DNA of 64,000 bases from Camelus ferus (lineage: Eukaryota), in NCBI RefSeq assembly GCF_009834535.1, contig NC_045697.1:46192001-46256000 (forward strand), read 5' to 3'. Below the pieces are notes generated by a model. It worked only from the letters and a program-made list of their open reading frames with translations. It was not told the DNA's origin and ran no database searches. This document shows, one piece after another, positions 39,331 to 51,530 of this stretch. Every line of letters starts with the position of its first letter. Position 1 is the stretch's first letter. The translations under genes were made by a program, and so were the position numbers.

Positions 39331-41743
39331 TATTATTGTTATGATTCATAAAAGTCAAGTTCTCAGTACAAATCATGATTGGAGGTGGGCTCCAGAAACA
39401 CTGCTTGCAGGAGTACTTGTCAAAGCAAATAAAAAACAAAATTTTACATTTGTGGAATGGATCAAACCAATTTTGATATTGATATTACCACTGCTGTTGC
39501 TGGAAACCAGATTTAGTTTATGGGTCTTGGCTGCCAGATGAATGAAGCAGAGAGCCAATTTTGTATAAGTGGGTCTCACAGGATTCCTGGGAGTGTCCGG
39601 AATGTGGAAGGCGCAGTGTGTTACTGCTGCAAATCTCTCTTCCTGCCAGGAGTGACATTATCCGGATAGCTTGGCTCAGCCTGGTCATCCCACCCTGTTG
39701 GCAGCAGGACAACTGTGAGACACAAACAAACAGCCTGGGCCAGGCGAGATAAGCCGCTGGGGAATGTGGGAAGGGGACACAGAGAGCTTGTGGAAGGACA
39801 AGAAAAAGGAGGAAGTTTGGACAAGGATGTGATAAAGTCAAAACTTAAGTAGATCAACCCCTTGAGATTCCAACTGGGAAAAGTGAGATAATATTTTTGA
39901 GATAGTTATCAAGTTTTTATTGGCATTTTCCATTCCCACTCTCCCTCCTCTTAAGTTCATCTTCCACCCTCTTCCCTTTTTCCCTTTTGCAGACTGAAGC
40001 TGGTAGGCACATGCCATGTGGAAATGACATTGTGGACCAGGTTCTACCTCCTTCCTCCACTCCTTCCACATATCTACATACCTTGGTACTGAAGAAGTCC
40101 CTCTGATTGTGGACACACCCCAAGAAAGGGAGTGGGGAGTCACAGGGATTGACTAAGATTGTTTAATCACTTCAGGGACTTACTACCCCAGTAGAAATTT
40201 AAGAGTTAGAACAGCAAAAACAATATTAAATTCTTGAACATCTTGAGTTTGAGGATGAGATTCAAATGTGAAACATTTATATATATATTTCCTCTGAAAA
40301 TTTCAGTTTCTATCCAAAGTAGGCATTAGGTAGAATATCTTAAGAAGGATTCATATTTTTGTGATACTTGTGAATAAGAAAGTACGAGGAAGTTTCTCAT
40401 GAGGATTTCACTGCTGTTCTCCATAATCATGAAGCCAATTTTGATGCAATATAATTCCATTTGGGAATAACAATGACAGTCAACTCTAAAATTTTCTTGC
40501 TGAACTGAAATAAACCTCCATCTAAGGGGGAGGTCTTTGTGTTTATTCTTTCAACAAACATTTATTGAGCACCCATTTTAGGTCAGACACATGCTTGGCA
40601 CAGGGGATAAACTGACAAGAAGCAGAGATGGTCCAGGGAGAGGGACTGTTTTGCAAGCAGACAAGCCAAGCTTATATGTGAAACAGTGATGGGGGTATGT
40701 TCTTACAAATAATTTTCACATAGGGTTATTTAATCATAGATTTAAGTGGAAATTGGATAATCTATAATTTCCTCTTAGTCAACATTCTCATCCCCTAAAT
40801 AGCTTCAGAGAAGGCCAGGATACTGAGAACACTGTGGGCAAATGTGTTCTCGTTGGTTGATGTGGCTTGCTAATTCAAAGTGTAAGACCTCACCTCTCAA
40901 TTACTCACTTAACATTCCAGTACATTTTTGGAACAACGGGTAATTTTGGAAGCTGCCAAGCAGATGGACAAATGGTAAATGACTTAGCAGATCTAGGAAA
41001 GCTGAAACCTAAGCCTACCAATAAGCTAATTAAAACTGCTGAACCCTGGAAATGCTCCTGAATTGAAACCACCAGATCCTTCTGAAGGTGAGAGTGCAGG
41101 ATGGGGCTGAAAGCAGAAGAGGTTGACAGCGTTGTGTTACAGGGAGGAGCACTCATTCTCCCTATTCCTTCTCCTGCCCAAGCGAAAGCCTGGAGGTTAA
41201 CTGGTTGAACCAAAGATGTTCTGGTCTTAGCGATTCCAGATAGGAGTGGGTATGGAGGAGAGATGCCATAATAAAAGTGGAGAAAATGTGAAAGTCTATT
41301 TTCTGAAAAATGAGACCCTCAGGACACTTTTTCATGGGATTCTTAACATCCAGAATTCTGGAGGCCAAATTTATATTCCTCAGGCAGGAGATTGCAGGAT
41401 TCTTCTTTGGGAGAACACAGCCCATGTAAAAAGACTTACAAATGTTACAGCTCTTTCAAAAAGACAGAGGGAGGGAAACATCTACATGCAAGGCAGTGGT
41501 ATAAAGGAGTTAAATCTCATCTTTTATACCATATAGTCATTAGTGAAAAGTCAGGATATATAACAATAAGTATGTTATTTGTTTTTACATAGTATTGGAA
41601 ATATAAAGATAATACAAGAAGATGCTGCTAAAGTATTTGAAAATGGATTTCGTCTTTTTATCAAGGATTAGGGGTAGGGGATGAAAATGAGAATTGTGTT
41701 ACTTTATAAATAATGAAAAATAAAAATATAAAGCCAATTAGTA

Positions 41744-42141
41744 TGGACTTAGAGAATATTATGCTTAGTGAAATAAGTCAGAGAAGGACAAATCCTATGT
41801 GATATCACATGTAGAATCTAAAGAATAATACAAATGATTGTATATGCAAAACAGAAACAGACTCACAGATATAGGAAACAAGCTAGTGGTTGCCAAAGGG
41901 AAAAAGGATGGGAGGAGGGACAAATTAAGGGTAGGAGATTAAAAGATACAAACTATCATGTATCAAATAGATAAGCAATGAAGATATATTGTATACTACA
42001 GGGAATTATAGCCATTTTCTTGAGATAACTTTTAAAATTATAATCTGTAGAAATATTATATCACTATCCTGTACACCTGAAACTAGTGTAATGTTATAAA
42101 TCAACTATACTTCAATACAAAAATTAAAAAATAAATTTAAA
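41744..42141 (+). mobile_element. LINE-1 3' end fragment
   Basis: atgcttagtgaaataagtcag...caactatacttcaat plus an A tail. Imperfect TSD aaagccaattagta / aaagacaatcagta (41730 / 42142). Confidence 0.88.
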
Positions 42142-45100
42142 AAAGACAATCAGTAGAGTACCAGGGAGTCAAACATGTCTGGACTAAAATTTCCGCTTCT
42201 CCATCTATGAGTCCTGTGACCTTTGTCATGTTGCTTGAATTTTCTGAACTTCAGTTCTCTCCTTGGTAAATGGCAAAACAAGACCAAGCACACAGTAAGA
42301 ATTCAATAAATAATGTCTATGTCTTATGATTATTTTGAATATTAAATAAGATAATATATTTATATAGTATAGTACTCAGTAAAGCTTAACTAATCCTATT
42401 TTGACAATGCTTTTGTAAGATGGGAAGAAAAATCAATGCAGAGTAAGGAGAGGAATAAATATTTGGCTCTGAGTACACGCATCGCACACACACACACACA
42501 TACCCACACACAGTATAGTAAAAACGAAGAGAAGGTACATGTGGGGTAGGAACAGTAAAGCTTATAAGCGACTGTTACATTTATCCTTTATGTTTAAGTT
42601 AAAAAGAACCAGATTAAAAGAAACAATGCCAATTCGAGTAAGAAAGAAGAGAGATAAATTTCCTAAATAATCTTTTGATGACTTCCCTAACACCTTTGTG
42701 GAGCAAGGGGGCATATCCACAGGGTTTACTGAGTACCTACAATGTGCAAGCTACTAATTTCAATTATAAAATTACATAGGTATTATATTTAATAAAAGTA
42801 CTTTAACTTATATTCTTTCACTTTGCTTTCATAGCTGCCCTGTAAAATAGAGAGAATAATACTTGACATTTGGTTTTGCTAGGAGGTAAGGAATAGAGAA
42901 GGTGGAAAAAAAAAGAAAAAGAAATTATAGGAATTGCTTAAACATTAGTATCACTATGGAAGCAAGACAGAGATAATAATTTTGTAATAGGTATCTATTT
43001 TTATAACTCAGTGTGACAATTTGTTTATTAATTTTCAGTGAAAAGTACAACTGCCAAATGAATTAAAATGCCGATATCACCTGGTTTGCACATTCTGTCC
43101 CCTGTGAAAAAATGTTTCCATGGAAATTCAGATTGGTTGGTAGAAAGGCAGTCAGAGCACAGTTATGGGCTGCTTTTAATGGCTGATACCATCAAATTAG
43201 GACATGTTATGTCCCCCAACACACTCTCAGGTGATATTTTTTGCCAAGCAACCAGAATGTCCACATCAGCTGGCCAAGTCACCTTCATCTCTGGGTGGTG
43301 CTGAAGCCACGCTGACAGATCTGTGTTCTTTGACTTCGTGCAGACCATCTGGTGACACTTTTCTTCAACTATCTTTCAGTACAGTTGGTTAGGGTAAAGC
43401 CTTCTCTCACATAAAGCTGCATTCCAGCCATGCTTTCTTGATGAGTATTACATATTTTAAATGGCAATTGGAAAACTCAGTTTGTGCAGGGATTAAAAAT
43501 GAGTATTGTATCCATATGGTTTCCGAGTATTCTTAAAAGTGCATTAAGAGAAAACCCAACAAGTAATTAAAAAGCACTCGAGTTCATTTTGACAAGACCA
43601 AAGCTAAAGATGATTATTGGATTAAACAAATATGGTATTAGAAGCATAGATGTTTGTATCAGAATACAGAATGCGCTGCCTGTGATTCTCTTTATGCTAT
43701 GTGTACATTTAAGATGCTATCAAACTCTTAATCACTACCCTTATGTTAGAAGCTTTGTTTGTCTTAGCTAGTGAAATGTCACTTCAACAAAACCAAAAGA
43801 ATTTTTAAAAATACCCACATGCTTAGAGAGCAGAAAATAGCAAAATGTGGGAAAAAAGTCATCTTTGCAAGGAAAGGTCAGCAGAAACATATGGATCCCA
43901 AGTGAAATTAAAATAAGGTTTCTGTACAGACTAGATACTGTGGCAGATAACGGTGCCACAGGCCAGACAGAAGGTTCCCAAGGCCCCAGGCTGCTTTCTT
44001 ACTTCTGCTCGGCAGAAGACTTTATCCAACATTATTTTGGTGATAACACTTGTTATACATTCTCTGGATCCTCAGATGCTAAATCATCCTGTAATAGACT
44101 TCATCCAGGAAACCCAAAGGCCAGCCATATTTCATCATTTTAAAGTTTCAGTGATTATAAAACAGCCATCTGTACATGTCTGGAAGCATATTTTTATTTG
44201 GGTTATTATTTGATAATGTACATACAATCCAATCTTCAATCCTCTCTAATGTGCCTATTTAAAAAAAAAGTCTATAATAGGAAATTTTTAGTCATATATT
44301 TTTTGTTTATATTTTATCTAGTTGATATGTACATAGGACTTCTTGCATCTATATTACATAGGAAAAGAATCAGTAATTACACAGAATAACAAAGAATATG
44401 TTCACTGAAAATTTTCTGACTATATTACCTCATTGAAAAAATTATTTTGACTAAGAGTTGAAGACCATATTTAACCATCCTATATAGAAAGCCCTCCTGG
44501 AACTTTCCATCTAAAACACACATTTTTATTCCTATTTAATATTACTTATTACTTATCAGTATTTACTTAGTAGGTGCTTTTATCACCAATCAGATTCAAA
44601 GTAGACTGAGAGAGAGTTAGATGCTACAAAAGTAGCTTTGAAACTCAGCCCTAGCTGGCACTCCCTCTCCCTGACTACAGACCTTTGGGCCTACATGGTT
44701 AAACCACCTGCAACAGATGCCTGGCATTCTGCCATCAATATTTATTTTTTGAGATTAATGCAAATATGCAAATATGCAAATACTGTTGGTCAGCTTGGAG
44801 ATGGGGTAGAAGGAAAGGTAATACATAAATATTTTCTAGTGATGCATATATATTAGTGTGAATTTTATTATCAGATTGTCTTGTCTTTATGAAGAAAGCT
44901 CAAAGAACTTGTTTGTTTAGAGCAAGAATTGCAGGAATGGGTACTTTAATGGGAGCAAGTGAGAGAGTAGTTGCGATGGAGCATGGTAGAAATGGAAGTG
45001 GGATGGAAGTTAGCAGAGGTTTGGAGAATGCTGTTTGGGAGTGAGCCATACCAGTCAGGTTCCCAGCAGGAAACAGATGAAAAACATTCACATTGGATGG

Positions 45101-45621
45101 TCTCATGGAGAGATGATTTATAAAGGATGAGGTAGGAATAGGTCAGGAAGGAGCAGATCCTAGAGCTGTGTAGAGAGGGTTGCCTGACAGAAGCTGTGCC
45201 TGTTGATGACAAGGCCCTGCCAAGGCATAGTAGAAAGAAAACTGCACAGAGTGTCCATCAAAAGACTTGAAATTAAGTCTCTGTTCTGCAATGGACCAGA
45301 TAAGTATTGACTCTCTGTGCCTTAATTTTCTCAACCAGAAGATGTAATACCTTTTCCAGAAATTCCTTGTCATGTGATATCATTTGTATTAAAGTTCCAA
45401 ATACAGAGCCCTACAGAGAAGGAAGGTTAAAGAAATGAATGTTTAATCTCAAGGATGCAAAAATTAAAGGCACAGGTAAAAGGAAAGGAAAACCTTTACC
45501 TGAGACTGGCCTTCAGGTTAATACATGGAAGGTGATTCATCTATATGTATGTGCTCACTGACACCTGTTTGAGAGATATATGTGTATAAATGTGGGATCA
45601 ATAAGTCAGCAAGTTAGAAAT

Positions 45622-46466
45622 AATAGCCCACAAAGGATAAATGATGGAGAGGGTGTGGAGAAAAGGGAACCCTCCTACACTGCTGGTAGGAATGTAGCTT
45701 GGTGCAGCCATTATGGAAAATGGTATGGAGATTTCTCAAAAAACTAAAAATAGACTTACCATATGACCCAGCAATCCCACTCCTGGGCATATGTCCAGAG
45801 AGAACTCTAATTTGAAAAGATACATGCACCCCAGTGTTCATAGCAGCACTATTTACAATAGCCAAGACATGGAAGCAACCTAAATGTCTATCGACAGATG
45901 ACTGAATAAAGAAGTTGTGGTATGTTTATACAATGGAATACTACTCAGTGATATAAAAGAATTAAATAATGTGGTATATTTATACAATGAATACTACTCA
46001 GTGATAAAAAAAAATAACAATAAAATCCAGCAACATGGATAGACCTGGAGATCATCATTCTAAGTTAAGTAAGCCAGAAAGAGAAAGAAAAATACCATAA
46101 GATACCACTCATATGTGGGATCTAAAAAAAAAAAAGAAAAGAAAAAAAGAGGACACTACAAAACAGAAATAGATATGCAGACGTAGTAAACAATCTTATA
46201 GTTACCATGGGAAAGGGGATGGGAAGGGCTAAATTTGGGAGTTTGAGATTTTGCAAATGTTAACCACTATATATAAAACTAGATAAAAACAAATTTGTTC
46301 TGTATAGCACAGGAAACTATATTCAATATCTTGTAATAACTTACAATGTAAAAGAATATGAAAATGAATATATGTATATATATGCATGACTGGAACATTA
46401 TGCTGTATACCAGAAATTGACACATTGTAACTGACTATATACACTTTAATTTAAAAAAAAAGGAAG
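45622..46466 (+). mobile_element. 5'-truncated LINE-1 (ORF2 C-terminus, 3'UTR, polyA)
   Basis: Translates [50 protein letters not shown], the L1 ORF2 cysteine-rich C-terminus with stop codons. TSD agttagaaat at 45612 and 46467. Confidence 0.93.
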
Positions 46467-48123
46467 AGTTAGAAATTATTTAGAAAGAGGTGGATGGACA
46501 GAAAGGGAAAGGGAAAATATCAAAAATAGCCAAAACTTTTTCCTGAATCATTAGAATAAAGAATATTAAATACATAATTTTGCTAGTGGAGGTCGGACTT
46601 AAAGAGAGAGCCAGTAACGCAGGCACAATCACAGGGTTCGTCCCCTCAGACACGGGAAATGCAACAGCTCATAGCTTTTAGCAAAAGGGTACAAACATTT
46701 TATCATATTTCTTCAGAAATTTATTTCATACTCACATATACATTTTTAATGTACATTGTTAAACTTTCTTAGTAAGCCACAGCAAGGAGACTTAGAAACA
46801 TTATATTTTTCCTGGTTTCCCCATGGAACTCAGCTTTCCGTTTAAATCCCACTGTATAGTAATGTATGAAGAATGTCAATGCACTTTACCTCTTACAAGA
46901 CACTCTTGTACAAAAAATGACTAGTTAAAAGGGATGATACACTTCTTAACATCTGCATCAGGGAAAAGAGAAATTATGTGATTGATCTCATGAGTTTGGT
47001 ACTGCGTTGTGATACCATCTAACACAAATGCAGTTTAAAATTCTATGTGAAGTCCCTCTGTTTTGACTGTCAATTCAGGGTGGAAAACCATTTTGTTAGA
47101 CGTGTCAAGGATATGATGAATGGTTAAGATACCAACTTTGTTAGCTTATTTTTTTGACTGCCACATGATTCTTCTTGTACTGTATCATGTATGAACAAAA
47201 AAGACATTAATTCAAAGACTAGAAATTCAATGAGTTTTAAACTAATCACCTCAAGGTGCCATGAATTTATCTGCGATATCCTTTACATACTGATGTCTGT
47301 GCCTACTCGGGATCCCTTGGTTTATATTCAGAATTTGTGCCACAGAAGGGAAATTGTTAATGAATGTCTTTAAAATGCAAATTTGTCAAGGTCAGAGTTT
47401 CAAAAACAGAAGCTTGTTGGTTGAACCATGCACTGCATTTTATTTCTCTTTAATTGTTGGTTCGATTATCAATCAAAATGTTGACTGTAATTGTTTAAAA
47501 ATTAATTTATAAAACTCATTTTCAGCCTTTTCTTTGTCAAATTGAGCTGCATGTGAGAGAAAACTATTTTGGGCAGAAAAGAGATGGCTATATGATTGGT
47601 ATAAACTATACAGCTATTGCACGCTGTGGAACCAAAATGTCCCAGAGAATTTGGGTGTAAGAAGAATTTTAGTAAAGTGAATCTTGCTCCCTTGATGAGT
47701 CTCTTTATAAAACAGGAGCTACCCTTCTTGTGGAGGACACCTTTTAAGGTATCCACCTAATATGCCATCTCTAGGAGGTGTACTTTCACCACCAGGGTGG
47801 GGCCCTGTCTGCCACATGTGGATTAAATGTTCCTGCCTCTGAACTTGAGTTTCAATCAAGGGTGGACGCCTGATCCTAACTAGATCATTACAACAAAATC
47901 TTCTTTTCTAAAAATTTGAAATTGGAACCTGGACCTTCCAGATTAGACTCTAATCCCATCCATAGATCCCGTTACAGTCCTCTCTGGAGTTTCTATGAGA
48001 TACTCTGTAGCTCTTAGTATTTCTTTTTGTCTTTATCTAGTTCACATTGTTATCTGTTCCTTTAACCAAATTTACTTCTCCTTTGGGGGGAACCCTATGG
48101 ATTGAACTGAAGACTTTGGTTTA

Positions 48124-48778
48124 TTTTCTTTTTTTTTTTTTGATTGAGGTGTAGTCAGTTTACAATGCTGTGTCAATTTCTGGTGTACAGCATAATGTTT
48201 TGGTCATACATATACATACAAATATTTGTTTTCATATTCTTTTTCATTATAGGTACTACAAGATATTGAATATAGTTCCCTGCACTATGCAGAATAAACT
48301 TGTCTATCTATTTTATATATAGTAGTTAATATTTGCAAATCTCAAACTCCCAATTTGTACCTTCCCACCCCCCTTTCCCTTGGTAACCATAAATTTGTTT
48401 ACTATGTCTGTTTCTGTTTTGTTGAGAAATTCATTAGTGTCTTTTTTTCTTTTTCTAGATTCCACATATGAGTGGTATCTTATGGTATTTTTCTTTCTCT
48501 TTCTGGCTTGCTTCACTTAGAATGATTATCTCCAGGTTCATCCATGTAGCTGCAAATGTTATTATTTTATTCTCTTTTTAAGGGCTGAGTAATATTCCAT
48601 TGTATAAATATACCACAGATTCTTTATCCAGTCCTCTGTTGATAGATATTTAGGTTGTTTCCATGTCTTGGCTATTGCAGATAGTGCTGCTATGAATATT
48701 GGGGTGCATGTATCTTTTGAATTAGACTTCCCTCTGGATATATGCTCTGGAGTGGGAATGCTGGATCACATGGTAAAG
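48124..48778 (-). mobile_element. 5'-truncated LINE-1 3' end
   Basis: PolyT followed by the reverse complement of the same 3'UTR as the 45.6-kb copy. 12-bp TSD gactttggttta at 48112-48123 and 48779-48790. Confidence 0.92.
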
Positions 48779-49300
48779 GACTTTGGTTTAGAAATGGCAG
48801 GCTTACTATCTACTGTTGAGATCTTCTGCAACCCTATTCCAACAATGAGATTTCCCTTGTGATGTTTCCTCTGAGCCTTCTCACTCACAGTCTTCTGCAC
48901 AGCTTCCCAGTCTCCAATTTTTTTACAGGCAGAGCTTACTTTCTGACTTACATGTATTTCTCTGAGGCACAGAAATTCCTTAACCTTCTCACTTTTAAAA
49001 GTGTCATTCTTCTGATTCTACCATTAACTCTACAGTTTTTAATCAACCTAGGCATTAGTATTTCATTGAAAATATGATAAAAAAACAATAAAAGAATGCC
49101 AAACTTTACCAATTTTGAAAATAATTTTAAGTGTTCTCAGTCCCTCGGTGTCTTTCCTCTCTAATTTGTCCTGCTACAGCAACCCAATTATTCTTCTAAA
49201 AGCAAAGCTCTGTTCAAACTCTTCTGATATTTAAAATGTATTACTGTCTCTACTTTGTCTACACAAAAGTGTTCATACACTAAAAGGGTTTTATCTGAGG

Positions 49301-49495
49301 CAGAAGTTGGCAAACTTTTTCATTAAAAGCCAGAGAGTTAATTTTTTAGGCTTGTGGGCCAGGTTGTTTCTGTCTCAACTACTCAACTCTGCTATTATAG
49401 CACAAAAGTAGCCACAGACAATATGTAAGCAAAAGGGCATGACTGTGTCTAGTAAAACTTTATTTACAAAAACAGACGATGGACAGGATTGACCT
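49301..49495 (+). mobile_element. MER58A-like hAT MITE
   Basis: cagaagttggcaaac...ttttaggcttgtgggcc...caactactcaactctgc...aaactttatttacaaaaacag. Confidence 0.78.
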
Positions 49496-51229
49496 AAAGC
49501 TTTCTACATATTGCACCTTACCCACTTCTGTCAGCTTTACTTTCTACTCTATCCCTTCATACATTCAGGTCTCCACTGACATTATTATTATTACTTTTCT
49601 ATGCCTAAACACTACTCACTTGGATGGAGGCTGGAGTGGGGCACAGGGAGGCTGTCATTTCTCTATGCACATTTTTCCATAAGAAGGTGCCTTAACATTA
49701 ACTTTAAGGTATTGTTTAGTCATACTGCTTATTATGAGTCAGATGACATATTCTGGAGAAAGCATAATAAAATACATGATTAAAACATAATACTAATCCT
49801 ATGAAAAAGATAAAGGGGGTATTCAAAGGTTGTGCCTTTAAAAAATATGCTTGCTCTTCTACCCATCTTAATTAATGCCATTTTTCACCATCCCTACCTT
49901 CAGCTAGAAGCTGGTTATGCCTTTTCTCTCTGCAGAGTTTTCTTCCCTTCATCTGGGCTAATCTTAAAAGCACTACCCATTTTTCAAAATGCAGATTAAA
50001 GGCTCTGTCCTTTATCGATCCTGATCTTTCCAGCTATGAGTAATTTGTTACTCTTCAGAATTCCTATTACACTCCACCTCATTTTAATTTTGGCATTATG
50101 GTTATTTAATTATCTTGATTCAATAACTAGAATATCTAACTCAAATATCCTCTTAATAGACTCTGTCTTCCGAAGAGCATGGAACAGTGCTTTGCAGAGA
50201 GTAGGCACTAAACATTTGTTTGATTAATAAATTTTAAAAATTTATAAAAATAAATGTCTTCAAATCGAGCCTCCCTTTATTTGATGAAGAAGTGTTAACT
50301 CTGTATAAAGATCAGGGTCAAAAGCAAACCTCTGGTTTACTAAACTTGGAAAATATCCTCAGGCATTTGTGGTCCAGTGTGGGTGAACTCAAGTTGGTAT
50401 TTTTGCTAGCCAAATTTGCTACATATGAAACCCATTGGCCATTTGGGGATTGACAACTTTCCTACTGCTCCTTTCAAAGAACTTCCCAAGAAAACTGGGA
50501 TAGATAATCTATGTGCCATATGTGCTGTTAAAATAAAGTTGGATATGCACTAATCAAGCGGTTTCCATGAGAAACGCAAGGGGTCCAAAATATGAAAAAT
50601 CTTTTAAATGGTAGTACTTATGGTAGGCACTCCAAATAGAAAAATTTCAAACTTTTTTATCTTAAAAAAATAGTTTATACCAAAGCTTAAATATCTTGGA
50701 GCAGAAACAATGTGGCTGTTTAAAATGTTATATAAACAAGTTTCAAAGAAGTGGGAAAAAAAAAGTTTCTTTTTCATGTTGCCTACAAAGTCTTTAAATA
50801 TAATATTTAGCTTAAAAAAGAGGTTTTTTTTTTTTTTTCTTTTTGAAAATGGTGGAGACATAGGTATAGAGAGCCCTCCTCCTACAGGGCAAAGGGACAA
50901 AGATAACCAAACTGGAATCCCCTCAGCTGAACAGACAGGCTAAGAACATCGTCATTTAGGATAATCTAGTCCTTTTTATTTGTTTCTTTTGAGGAAGGTG
51001 TCATTCTTAGCTGTAACTTGTTTTGTCTACCTTCTGAGTTGACTGCTTCTATCTACAATCACTCTCATTCTTTGATTTTTTTAATTTAAAATTCCTGTTT
51101 CTGTGTTCTTAGGCAAACTAAAAAGATTTCTACATGTTTTATGATATCCTGAAAGTGTATGGGATCTCTTATTTTCTTTCAATTTTTCATTATGTAAAAA
51201 TCTATTGATTTGCTTTCAGTGAAGTTTAC

Positions 51230-51530
51230 TTTTCTTATTGAATGGAAGGTTCTTTAAGTTTATAGTGCTTTACAATTTTCAATTTTCTGCTAAATGAAAT
51301 AAGTCAGACAGAGAAAGATAAATACTACACGATATCATTTATATGTGGAATCTAAAAAATACAACAAACTGGTGAATAAAACAAAAGAAGCAGACTCACA
51401 GAGAACAAACTAGTGGTTACCAGCGGGGAGAGGGAATGGGGACGGGGATATAGGAGTACATGATTTTAAAAAAGGGTTATTATGGGATTATATGAAATCA
51501 TGTGTGTGAAACTTTTGAAAATTTAAAGCA
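51230..51530. mobile_element. LINE-1 3' fragment with internal inversion
   Basis: 51230-51282 is the L1 terminus in minus orientation. 51288-51530 is the preceding 3'UTR segment in plus orientation. Confidence 0.75.

Noticed and set aside
45614..45865. 83-aa ORF (and the similar one at 48668-48862)
   Set aside because: These are antisense readings of L1 ORF2.
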